The notes beneath the pieces are model-generated. The model searched no databases and had not been told where the DNA came from. It saw nothing but the letters and a program-made list of their open reading frames with translations. From positions 416,001 through 480,000 of the forward strand of contig JAEOUA010000010.1 in assembly GCA_016839555.1 (NCBI GenBank): a stretch of DNA of 64,000 bases. Direction: 5' to 3'. Positions 9,694 through 19,841 of this stretch are shown in pieces (the stretch's first letter is position 1; each line of letters opens with the position of its first letter). The translations under genes were made by a program, and so were the position numbers. The DNA comes from Promethearchaeota archaeon. GTDB taxonomy: Archaea; Asgardarchaeota; Lokiarchaeia; Sigyniarchaeales; SOKP01.

Positions 9694-10254
9694 CTATTCA
9701 AGTGCTTTTTCTCTTTCAGCAACCCAATGTAATCCAAATCCTCCTGCCGTTAATCCAAGTATTACTTTTGAAGACAATGTAAAAGAAAAAACTAACCACA
9801 AATAGAAGGAGAAATCAAAATATTGGATTATAGTTCTTATGTTATTAAACGGGATAATAATAAAACCATCAATTAAATATCCCTTAACTAGATATGTTTC
9901 AATTAGGTAGATATATTCCCATTGAATAAAAGCAGATACAAGAATAATTATCCCCATTATAAACATATGTTTTGAATAATTATAATCATCCAATTCTTTA
10001 TTTGATGATAGAATAATCGAAAGAAACCCAAAAATCAAGAAACAAATAATTATTATCATAAAAGAAAGCCATAATACAAATAATGTAAGATTATTTAAAT
10101 TAAATACAAAAGTAAAGAATTTCATCGACATACCATTGATATTAACTTCCATGAATGATAACAATGTTAAACTAATCATTTCTATTATAGAAAGGACTAT
10201 TAAGAATATTCCGCCGAAGATTTTTATATATTTAGACACGCTTTCTCTTTTCAT
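9694..10254 (-). CDS. Hypothetical membrane protein (~4 TM)
   Basis: Hydrophobic ORF, no recognised motif. Confidence 0.6.
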   Translation of the reverse strand: MKRESVSKYIKIFGGIFLIVLSIIEMISLTLLSFMEVNINGMSMKFFTFVFNLNNLTLFVLWLSFMIIIICFLIFGFLSIILSSNKELDDYNYSKHMFIMGIIILVSAFIQWEYIYLIETYLVKGYLIDGFIIIPFNNIRTIIQYFDFSFYLWLVFSFTLSSKVILGLTAGGFGLHWVAEREKALE

Positions 10255-10422
10255 TCGAATATATCACTTTATTTTTTTTATATTTTAATTTTAATTTATG
10301 TAATATAAAAACTTTTTGTGAATTTGAAAAAGTGGAAGAATTAATTTTAAAGAAACCTAAAGAATGAGCGAGATAAGGGAATTTAGATAATTTTAATAAA
10401 TATAATCCGTTAGTAAATTAAG

Positions 10423-13278
10423 ATGAATAAAAACGAAAATAAGAATATATTACAAAAAAACGATTTTTATTCTCTTCCAATAGAGGAACTATTGGTTTAT
10501 TTTCATACAGATCCAAACACGGGATTATCAAATGTTCTAGTATCAGCCCATTTTAAGAAATATGGATTTAATGAGCTACCAATAGTGAAGAAAGGGCTGT
10601 GGAGGATATACCTTGCCCCCATCTTTAACTTTTTGATTCTTATTCTTATCATATCTGGGATTGCCCTTATTCTATTAAATTCATTTGGTGAGACCATCAT
10701 AAATTGGGTTGTTGTAATCATTAATTCATTGACCGCTATAATTCAACAATATCGAGCCCAAAAGGCCTTAGATTCCTTAAGAAAAATCTCTGCATTGACA
10801 TCAATAGTAATAAGAAATGGGAAAGAACAAGAAATCCCCTCTAAAGAAATTGTTCCCGGCGATATTGTGTTATTATCTCAAGGATCTAAAATTCCGGCAG
10901 ATGGAAGAATATTAAATTCAACGGAACTTACAATTAATGAGGCACCATTGACGGGAGAAAGTCTTCCTGTCGAAAAAAAAGAATCCATATTAGAGGCCAA
11001 AGATCTGCCGATTCAAAAACAAGAGAATATGTTATTTATGGGAACCTATGTTGATACAGGAAAAGCTAAAATATTAATAGTTAAGACGGGTGAAGACACT
11101 GAGATTGGAAAAATATCAATTTCATTAAATAAAATGGGCTCTATTGAGGAAATACCACTTACTAAAAAGCTTAACAACCTTGCTTATCTTTTCGGATTAG
11201 TAATAATAATTAATATGGCAGTTTTAATTATTTATAAATTAGCCTTGCTAAATCAAGATATTACTAAAGCTTTTACAGATTCAATTATACGCGCTTTAAA
11301 TATCTTACCTATTAATCTCCCACTTCTAGTAACACTCGTTCTTATAACAGGCGTCTTAAATATGGCGCAAAGTGGTGTTATTATTAAAAATCTTTCTGCT
11401 ATTGAATCTTTAGGAAGAATTTCCGTAATATGCTCTGATAAAACGGGAACAATTACAAGAAATGAAATGACAGTCAAAAAATTTTGGGTGAATAATAAGG
11501 AATTTGAAGTTGCGGGCTCCGGGTATGATTCTGAAGGTGAGATTTTAAAAAATGGGATAAAATACACTTTTAATTCTCACACATTTAATATGTTTATTGA
11601 TTCTATGACATTAAATAATAATGCGAAATTAATTTTCGAAGATATAAAGATTCGAACAGATCAAATAAAAACTAAAGCTATTAGAAAAGTGCTTGGATCT
11701 CCTACCGAGGGAGCATTACTTGTATTGACGGAAAAGGCGGGCTTTATAATTTATGATGTCCGAAGAAAATATCAAATCGAGAGAGAATTTCCTTTTGATT
11801 CTGCTCTAAAAAGAATGACTACCATTTGTAGATCTAATGATAAAGAGCAAAAATTATATGCATTTACAAAAGGTGCGCCTGAAATAATATTAAATTTTTC
11901 AACTCATATCGAAATAAATGGACAAAAAGAAATATTAGATAACACATTGAAAAATAATTTGAGAACTATTGTTCAAGACCAAGCGAATAAAGGATATAGA
12001 ACTTTAGCGATAGCTTATCGGGAATTATCTTCCACTCAAAATATTAATAGAGAGATTATAGAAGATAACTTAACTTTTCTAGGATTTGTGTCACTCATCG
12101 ATCCCGCTCGTGTTGGTGTCAAGGAAGCTATTAAAGAATGTAAATCAGCAAGAATAAAAGTAACAATGATAACTGGAGATCATCCTGCAACTGCAAAAAC
12201 AATATCTTCACAATTACATATTTTTAATGAGGGAGATTTAATTGTTGAGGGTAATGAAATTAAAGAATTAAATGGAAATAAGTTAGATAAAGTCTCAGTG
12301 TTTGCTAGAGTACAGCCATCAGATAAAGAGATAATTGTAAGAAAGAATCAAGAACATAATAGAGTAGTCGCTATGACTGGAGATGGGGTAAATGATTCAT
12401 TAGCTTTAAAACTTGCTAATTGTGGGATAGCAATGGGGATAACTGGAACAGATATCGCAAAAGATACTGCTGATATGGTAATTTCGGATGATAACTTTAC
12501 TTCTATAAAGGAAGGAATAGAAATTGGGAGAGGTTTATTTTCAAAAATTAGAAGTATCATTTATTTTTTCATTTGCATTGATATTATGGAGGGATTTATT
12601 TTCTTAGGACTTGAATTCTTTCCTGCGATTGCACTTTTTAGTTCAAATTGGCAGCAACTTTATATCTATGGAATCACCCATTCTTTTCTTTCACTTGCAC
12701 TCGTTATTGATACTCTTCCGAAAGATATTATGAAAGAACCTCCGAGAGATGAGGAGGAACTTTTAAATAAAAATATGTGGAAAATGGTATTACTTCAAGC
12801 TTTTCTGATTGGTGTTTCATTAGTTATTGTTTTACTATTAACTATTACCGGGATTATCCCCTTAAATAAATGGAATTTGGATCCCAATTTAAGTTATATT
12901 AACCCTTTATCTTCAATAGATTCCTTAATTGCTCAAAAAACCAGAACGATGTTCATAACAACGCTTTTTATCGCGGAAATTATTTTTATTTGGAACTTTC
13001 GACGGCCAAATAAATCAATTATTAAAAGCTTAAAAGAAGAATTTTCTATTGTGCTATTTGTAGTATGTACGTTCACGTTTTTGTTCCACTTTTTAGTTAT
13101 TATGTGTTCTCTTAATTTTAATGCCTTTATCAATGAAAAAATAGGATGGAATTTACAACTTAATTTTATGTTTCTCTCATTTTCGGATTGGTTAATTTGC
13201 TTAGGATTTGGATTAGTTGGGGTTATAGGAATAGAATTCTTTAAATTAATCTATAGAAAAAAAGGATTGTTTTTTTGA
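10423..13278 (+). CDS. P-type ATPase, type II-like, atypical membrane site (PINLP)
   Basis: TGES, DKTGT, KGAPE, TGDGVND motifs. Confidence 0.93.
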   Translation: MNKNENKNILQKNDFYSLPIEELLVYFHTDPNTGLSNVLVSAHFKKYGFNELPIVKKGLWRIYLAPIFNFLILILIISGIALILLNSFGETIINWVVVIINSLTAIIQQYRAQKALDSLRKISALTSIVIRNGKEQEIPSKEIVPGDIVLLSQGSKIPADGRILNSTELTINEAPLTGESLPVEKKESILEAKDLPIQKQENMLFMGTYVDTGKAKILIVKTGEDTEIGKISISLNKMGSIEEIPLTKKLNNLAYLFGLVIIINMAVLIIYKLALLNQDITKAFTDSIIRALNILPINLPLLVTLVLITGVLNMAQSGVIIKNLSAIESLGRISVICSDKTGTITRNEMTVKKFWVNNKEFEVAGSGYDSEGEILKNGIKYTFNSHTFNMFIDSMTLNNNAKLIFEDIKIRTDQIKTKAIRKVLGSPTEGALLVLTEKAGFIIYDVRRKYQIEREFPFDSALKRMTTICRSNDKEQKLYAFTKGAPEIILNFSTHIEINGQKEILDNTLKNNLRTIVQDQANKGYRTLAIAYRELSSTQNINREIIEDNLTFLGFVSLIDPARVGVKEAIKECKSARIKVTMITGDHPATAKTISSQLHIFNEGDLIVEGNEIKELNGNKLDKVSVFARVQPSDKEIIVRKNQEHNRVVAMTGDGVNDSLALKLANCGIAMGITGTDIAKDTADMVISDDNFTSIKEGIEIGRGLFSKIRSIIYFFICIDIMEGFIFLGLEFFPAIALFSSNWQQLYIYGITHSFLSLALVIDTLPKDIMKEPPRDEEELLNKNMWKMVLLQAFLIGVSLVIVLLLTITGIIPLNKWNLDPNLSYINPLSSIDSLIAQKTRTMFITTLFIAEIIFIWNFRRPNKSIIKSLKEEFSIVLFVVCTFTFLFHFLVIMCSLNFNAFINEKIGWNLQLNFMFLSFSDWLICLGFGLVGVIGIEFFKLIYRKKGLFF

Positions 13279-13358
13279 TTTTTCTAAAATTTTTTAAAGA
13301 TCAATTTTATTGATCATTTATATAAATATGTTTAAAACAATTTTTTTTTTAAAACATT

Positions 13359-16295
13359 ATGATTGATCATTTGATGGAAAGGGATTTTTATAAATTAAAA
13401 CTATCCGAGGTCTATGACCTCCTTCAAACGGATCCTAACACGGGGTTAAGTGAAGAGGAAGCCAAAACCAGATTAGAAAAATATGGTCCCAATGAACTTC
13501 CGAAAGTAGCTCGAGGTTTTATTAAAATCTATTTATCTCCTCTTTTCAATTGGCTTATAGTTATTTATCTTATAGGAGCTTTAATTTTATTTTTAGCCAG
13601 TCTATTTGGGTATAAAAGTAATTTTGTAATAATTGCGTCAACTTTGGGAATAGTACTTCTGAATTGTCTTGTCGCGATAATTCAACAATACAGGGCAACA
13701 AAAAAGCTGGAGGCGTTAAAAGAATTATCGGCTCCAACTACTAAAGTTATTAGAAATGGAAACAAAAGAGAAATTCCTACTGTAGAAGTAGTTATTGGTG
13801 ATTTATTAGATATAGAACAAGGAGATAAGGTCCCTGCTGATGCAAGAATAGTTTCTGAAAAGAATTTAGAAATAAATGAAGCTTCACTAACAGGTGAGAG
13901 TGAGCCTGCACGAAAGGATGCGACGATTGGTCCTTTAGATAAGGATTTGGATGTTCAGGATCGCGATAATATGGTATTTTACGGAACATATGTCACCAGA
14001 GGAAAATCTAGAGCAGTTGTGGTAAAAATTGGAGCAGCAACCGAAATTGGAAAGATTTCTGAGGGTTTAAAAGCTGCTGGTACAAGTGCAATTCCTATTA
14101 GACAAAAAATGAACTTTTTTGGAAAATGGCTGGGTATCGCTGTGTTAATCTTCTGGTTTATAACCTTAATGATTGTCTGGATTGGAAGTGGCTTTACTCG
14201 TTTTGAAATAGTAAAAAGTCTCAATTCTGCTCTTGATATACTCCCCATTAATATTCCACTTCTTACAACAATAGTTCTATTAACTGGGGTATTGGCAATG
14301 GCGCATCAAGGAGTTATAATTAGAAATCTGGCTTCTGTGGACAGTTTAGGGCGAGTAAGCGTAGTTTGTTCGGATAAAACAGGAACTTTAACCAGAAATC
14401 AGATGGTCGTTCGATATATATGGTCAAATGGTTCCAATTATGAGGTAACAGGGAAGGGCTATAAACCTGACGGGGAGATTATATTAATGGATGATCCAAA
14501 GCATCCTAAGTTTATAAGTCATATTGAAGCATATCCTCATTTAAAATTATTATTGATTTCTGGTTTTTTAAACAATAATTCTGCCTTAATCAAATCGGAG
14601 GTTGAAACTGCCGGAAAGGATGTAAAAATAGTTGAAAAATGGAAAGTAGTCGGATCACCTACAGAAGGAGCGTTAGTAGTGTTATTTCAAAAAATAATGG
14701 GTAATTATCTCTTAGAAGACTATGAATTTATTGAGGAATTTCCTTTCGATTCAGATATAAAAAGAATGACAAAAATCTATAGGAATGGAGAAAAATATTA
14801 TTCGTTTACTAAAGGTGCGAGCGAAATCTTAATCCCTCGCTCCACTCAGATTTATTACAAAGGAAGAGAAACTGTATTTACAGATGAATTAAAAGAAATG
14901 GTTGAGAATAAGATACAAGATTATGCCTCAAAGGGGTATAGAATTTTAAGTCTATGCTATAAAGATTTCTATATGATGCCCTCGGTTTCACAAGAAAATA
15001 GAGATGCATTCGAATCTGATTTAGTATATTTGGGATTTGTAACAATTTCAGATCCTCCACGAGAAGGGGTAAATGAATCAGTAGAACAATGTAAAAATGC
15101 GGGGATTGATGTGGTAATGATTACTGGAGATTCAATAATTACTGGAAGAGCAATAGGAGAGCAAATTTCCATAATCAATGATGATAATGATACAGTCGTG
15201 GAAGGAAAGGATATATCGAATATAAATTCTAATGCGGAATTTAATAAAATCAAAGTATTTGCCCGGGTATCTCCGAAACATAAAGAAGATATCGTTAAAA
15301 AATATAAGGAGCAAAAGCGTGTGGTGGCCATGACTGGAGATGGAGTTAATGATTCGTTAGCACTTAATATGGCAGATAGTGGAATAGCAATGGGCATAAC
15401 CGGTACTGATGTAGCAAAAGAAGCTTCAGATATGGTAATATCAGATGATTCTTTTAATTCTATTGCTATAGGAATCCATCAGGGAAGGGGAATCTTTTCA
15501 AAAATTAGAGCTGTTGTATTTTTTTATATTTGTATTAATTTATTCGAAGGAATTGTCCAATTTATATTAGCAATTATTTTAGATTTACCATATTTTTTAT
15601 CAGATCAATTTTATTTCCAATGGATCTTTCTTTCATTAACTCTTCATGCTCTACTAGGCTTTATTCTGACGTTCGATACAATATCCGATGATGTTATGAA
15701 AGAAAAACCACGTAATTCAGAAGAAATAATTTCGAAAAATATATTATTCCTCTTACTTAGTTTTGGATTATTTCTTACCATTTCGATGCTATTTGTCTAT
15801 TTTCTCAGCTATATTGGAATTTATCCCGTGTTTCAGAGCAATTATGAACTTGGAAGTTTAAATACTTTTTATCTCTCTACTGAAGATTATGTAGCTATGA
15901 TACCGATTCAAGATATTCTTACTTTCCAATTTCCCAAAAGTTTTTCAATGATTTTAACACGTACAAAAACATTAACGATGCTTATGGTGACTTTATATTT
16001 CTGTGAGACTTTTCTTGTTTTTCAAATTCGTCGTCCTAATAAGTCTCTGATCAAAAGTATGAAGGAGGATAGAAATAAATTAATGTTTATCATAACTGGT
16101 TTGCTCTTTATTGTATTCCTCCTTTTAATGTATACTCCAGGAGTTCAAACTACCCTGGCAGCAATTGGAGCGAATTTTATGTTCATGTTTCTCCAACCGT
16201 TAGATTGGATTGTTTGCTTTTTAATCTCGCTTATTTGTATTTTTTTCTTTGAAGTAGTCAAATATATTGCTCGTAAAAAAAGTATTGTATTTTAA
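13359..16295 (+). CDS. P-type ATPase, type II-like, tandem paralog (PINIP)
   Basis: TGES, DKTGT, KGASE, TGDGVND motifs. Confidence 0.93.
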   Translation: MIDHLMERDFYKLKLSEVYDLLQTDPNTGLSEEEAKTRLEKYGPNELPKVARGFIKIYLSPLFNWLIVIYLIGALILFLASLFGYKSNFVIIASTLGIVLLNCLVAIIQQYRATKKLEALKELSAPTTKVIRNGNKREIPTVEVVIGDLLDIEQGDKVPADARIVSEKNLEINEASLTGESEPARKDATIGPLDKDLDVQDRDNMVFYGTYVTRGKSRAVVVKIGAATEIGKISEGLKAAGTSAIPIRQKMNFFGKWLGIAVLIFWFITLMIVWIGSGFTRFEIVKSLNSALDILPINIPLLTTIVLLTGVLAMAHQGVIIRNLASVDSLGRVSVVCSDKTGTLTRNQMVVRYIWSNGSNYEVTGKGYKPDGEIILMDDPKHPKFISHIEAYPHLKLLLISGFLNNNSALIKSEVETAGKDVKIVEKWKVVGSPTEGALVVLFQKIMGNYLLEDYEFIEEFPFDSDIKRMTKIYRNGEKYYSFTKGASEILIPRSTQIYYKGRETVFTDELKEMVENKIQDYASKGYRILSLCYKDFYMMPSVSQENRDAFESDLVYLGFVTISDPPREGVNESVEQCKNAGIDVVMITGDSIITGRAIGEQISIINDDNDTVVEGKDISNINSNAEFNKIKVFARVSPKHKEDIVKKYKEQKRVVAMTGDGVNDSLALNMADSGIAMGITGTDVAKEASDMVISDDSFNSIAIGIHQGRGIFSKIRAVVFFYICINLFEGIVQFILAIILDLPYFLSDQFYFQWIFLSLTLHALLGFILTFDTISDDVMKEKPRNSEEIISKNILFLLLSFGLFLTISMLFVYFLSYIGIYPVFQSNYELGSLNTFYLSTEDYVAMIPIQDILTFQFPKSFSMILTRTKTLTMLMVTLYFCETFLVFQIRRPNKSLIKSMKEDRNKLMFIITGLLFIVFLLLMYTPGVQTTLAAIGANFMFMFLQPLDWIVCFLISLICIFFFEVVKYIARKKSIVF

Positions 16296-16417
16296 TCTAA
16301 TTTTTAGCTTTATTATTATCTTTTTCAATAAATTTCTAATTGTAATTTATTTTTTAACAATAAACTCTTATTTGAATTAATAAAATACTATAAAAATCAG
16401 TATTATTTAGAATAATT

Positions 16418-17749
16418 ATGGCAAAATATAAAGTTTCATTGGTTAAATACGAAAAGCCAGAAGAATCTATCCGAAAAGTTGTTAAATTAATAAAAGGATT
16501 AGATGATGTACCTAAAGATTCTAAAGTATTTATTAAGCCCAATGTTGTATATTGGACTAAAGATTGTGACTTTCCCAAATGGGGAATGATTACCACATCC
16601 AGAGTTGTGAATGATGTGGTAGAATTGTTGAATGAGAAGGGATTTGATGATATCACAATTGCAGAGGGAATAATAAGTCAAGATCCAGATGATAAAGAAA
16701 CTGCGGATGACGCTTTTAAAAACTTGGGGTATTATAAACTGAGAGATGAGTATGGAATAAAAGTCTTTGACGCCTTTCAAAGGCCTTATGAAAAAGTGCA
16801 ATTAACTGAAGAAGTATCCGCGCGAATGAACTCCGATATGGTTAATTCCGATTTTCTTGTTAATTTACCTGTACTTAAAACACATGCGCAATGTAAAGTT
16901 AGCTTAGGAATTAAAAATCTTAAAGGATTAATCAGTATTCCTTCTCGAAAAAAATTTCATAGCAGTGATCCAAAATTCGACCTTCATTATAATGTAGCGC
17001 AATTAGCCAATAAGATACCCCCTTGTTTGACAATCTTAGATGGTATTTATACTATTGAGAGAGGGCCCGCAATGGATGGAAAAGCCCGTAGAAGCGATAT
17101 TTTAGTTGCATCGCGAGACATTTTATCTGTGGATATTGTCGGATCAAAATTACTTGGAATTGATCCCGCAGAAGTTCCATATATAGTTCAAGCAGCAAAA
17201 GATCGGGAGCGAACTCCAAATCTCTCAGATATAGAAGTTATAGGAGAAAAAATAGAGGATTTAGCATCTCATCATGAGTGGGATTATATCTATAAGAAAG
17301 ATGATACTCTTCCATTGCCCTATGAAAGACTGGGTATTTCGGGAATTAAATATCGTAAATATGATGAGTCAATGTGCACTTTCTGCTCATTTTACAATGG
17401 TTTCCTCTTAACAGCAATTATGACTGCTTGGAGGACTAGAGATGGAGAACCTTTTGATAATATTGAAGTATTAACGGGAAAAGAAATGGAACCGAGCAAA
17501 GGAATGAATAAAACAATTCTTTTTGGGCAATGCCAATATGCGAAAAATCGAGATCATCACAATATTAATGAACTTATAGCAATAAAAGGATGTCCACCCA
17601 ATCTGGACGACATCCAGGAAGGGTTAAAGAAAGCTGGCATTAGAGTTCCCTCCTATTTCTTCAAAAATATCGATAAGGCACCATTATTATTTATGCAAAA
17701 ATATCAAGGTAAGCCGGAATTTGAAGAAAAATTTTATCAAATCTCTTAA
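16418..17749 (+). CDS. DUF362 domain protein (probable Fe-S)
   Basis: IKPN, NLPVLKTH, LGIKNLKG motifs; C-terminal CTFC/GQC/GCPP. Confidence 0.85.
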   Translation: MAKYKVSLVKYEKPEESIRKVVKLIKGLDDVPKDSKVFIKPNVVYWTKDCDFPKWGMITTSRVVNDVVELLNEKGFDDITIAEGIISQDPDDKETADDAFKNLGYYKLRDEYGIKVFDAFQRPYEKVQLTEEVSARMNSDMVNSDFLVNLPVLKTHAQCKVSLGIKNLKGLISIPSRKKFHSSDPKFDLHYNVAQLANKIPPCLTILDGIYTIERGPAMDGKARRSDILVASRDILSVDIVGSKLLGIDPAEVPYIVQAAKDRERTPNLSDIEVIGEKIEDLASHHEWDYIYKKDDTLPLPYERLGISGIKYRKYDESMCTFCSFYNGFLLTAIMTAWRTRDGEPFDNIEVLTGKEMEPSKGMNKTILFGQCQYAKNRDHHNINELIAIKGCPPNLDDIQEGLKKAGIRVPSYFFKNIDKAPLLFMQKYQGKPEFEEKFYQIS

Positions 17750-17884
17750 ATTATTGTTTTCTCATGTATTTTTTATTATATTTAAATTATATTAAGTTTA
17801 GCGAAGGTTTTTTCTTAAAGCATTTTTATCTATTTAAATTAGCTAATATTCCTTTAGTAGAAATATAAAAAAAAAGAGTTATTT

Positions 17885-19468
17885 TTAATGGGTTAAAATT
17901 ATTTCTCTTTTTCTAAATGTTAAAATAATGATTATTCCGATTATCAAAGAAGCCATAAAGATATTAGGGAGAAATCCCGGTATTTCTGTTATTGGAGGTG
18001 GAAAATAAACTAATGGAATTAAGCCTTTTGGAAAATATGCTTTAAATATTGTTTTATGATTCAATTTGCCTCCTCCACTATCACCATATTCTGGAAAGCC
18101 CTCAATAAAGAATGCAGCATTAAGATCTCCATCTATCGGGTCTAATTCCTCAAATACATATTCTAATGGAACAGGTTCATTGAAATTATGAGTTTGATTA
18201 GCAACGTAGCTTAATACTAATCGAGTGAAATTTCCAAGAATATGGAGCACTCCTACAACAGAATCTATAAAATCTGCGTCAGATGAATTAAGTGTGGCAT
18301 AGGATACATTAGTATCAGGAAATGGATTATTATTAGAACTATTATAGAGATCATATGTGGGATTTTGATCATATAAAAATTCAAAAGCGGTATTATTTTT
18401 ACTTCCAACCTCTATATCCACTTCTGTTAAACCTGTCTTGTTAGTAGTGGCGCTTAACTCCCCCTCTTTCAAATCTCTAATGCCATAGTCATCTACCGCT
18501 GCGATTATAAATGCTGCTGTTCCTAAACAGAGCATCCAATTATCTAACATATCATATTTCTCTTCTTCTTGTAATTCTGTCCAATTACCTGAGTTATCAT
18601 CATGGAACATTAGTGTATCTACACTTCCTGATTCATATTCTTGGGTGAAAGTTAGGAAACTATTTTTAGTATTAATTTCCAATTTATATTCAAATGATAT
18701 ATAAGTTTGATTTCCAATAAGATCTGAACCGCTAATATAGGAATATGGGTCTGAATAATCCCAACCCTCATCAAATATGGGATCTTTAGAATAATTAATG
18801 CTAGGCACATAAAAAATAATATCTGTGTAATTATAACCCCAAGTATAAATAATAGTATTTTCGATACCCGTTCTATTTAAAGGTATTACAGTAACTTTAG
18901 GATTGGATTTAATTCCCACATCATTTGTCATATTTGGAGAATTTGAACCGAGATAAAAGAAGGGATTTATGTCTTCTCCCTCATCATATTGCCCATTTTC
19001 ATTGCTATCATTAATACCAAACCAAGCACATTGCATAGCCGCAACTGCTATTTCTATACCGTAAATGCTGAAATGCTGCCACCAAAGATGTGCTGGTGAG
19101 GTATAGGTTACATTTTTTCCATCATCATACCCAGTTTTATTCAAAAAAGAAACCATGCCCATCTCAAAACCTCCCTCTTTGATCCAAACTAAATTCCAGG
19201 TATTATTCTCCCAAGAGGTCCAATTTTCAACGTTTTCAGAGTACCATTTTGAGTTGTTAAAAACGGTTACATTCCAATAATTCTCATCAAAAGTGTGACC
19301 ATTAAATAATTCTGCTTGAGTGGGAAAATCATCACCTTGACTGGTTACTAATTCATTTGAATTAGGAAAAAATAAATTAAATCCATTTCCGCCAACAATT
19401 ATGCCATTTAGAAATAATATACTAAAGAAAAAGATTACAAAAAACCTTGATATTTTATAGCTCTTCAT
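17885..19468 (-). CDS. Secreted, probably glycosylated surface protein with C-terminal IPGF-TM-basic sorting signal (Loki-CTERM-like)
   Basis: N-terminal signal, many NxS/T sequons, acidic body, C-terminus EIPGF + TM + RKR. Confidence 0.75.
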   Translation of the reverse strand: MKSYKISRFFVIFFFSILFLNGIIVGGNGFNLFFPNSNELVTSQGDDFPTQAELFNGHTFDENYWNVTVFNNSKWYSENVENWTSWENNTWNLVWIKEGGFEMGMVSFLNKTGYDDGKNVTYTSPAHLWWQHFSIYGIEIAVAAMQCAWFGINDSNENGQYDEGEDINPFFYLGSNSPNMTNDVGIKSNPKVTVIPLNRTGIENTIIYTWGYNYTDIIFYVPSINYSKDPIFDEGWDYSDPYSYISGSDLIGNQTYISFEYKLEINTKNSFLTFTQEYESGSVDTLMFHDDNSGNWTELQEEEKYDMLDNWMLCLGTAAFIIAAVDDYGIRDLKEGELSATTNKTGLTEVDIEVGSKNNTAFEFLYDQNPTYDLYNSSNNNPFPDTNVSYATLNSSDADFIDSVVGVLHILGNFTRLVLSYVANQTHNFNEPVPLEYVFEELDPIDGDLNAAFFIEGFPEYGDSGGGKLNHKTIFKAYFPKGLIPLVYFPPPITEIPGFLPNIFMASLIIGIIIILTFRKREIILTH

Positions 19469-19841
19469 ATTGACCTGTTATTTGTAATTAATAGAGATAT
19501 CTTAAAATTTCAATATCTCTTATATTTATCAATTAGATATCTCTTATTAAATATTTTATCTTCTATGCAAACTTCTAAAATTTAGAAATTAAATTGATAA
19601 AAATATTTTTATTCTATAAATCAAATTTATACAAAACCAGTTTGAATTCATAGTAAATATAGAAAAAAAATAATTTCATGATAAAGTACGGGAGAGAAAA
19701 AGATAAATAGAAAACACTTATAAACAATCATTTTTATTATCTGTCTTTACTTGTTATTTATCATTATCTTAATATAGGTTAATTTTTCTGAAATTTTTAA
19801 TAAATAAATTTTAATCAATTCTTAAATTATTTGATTTTATA

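Noticed and set aside
19490-19548. Repeated AGATATCT/ATATCTCT words upstream of the surface protein gene
   Set aside because: Short and AT-rich; cannot be told from chance without comparative data
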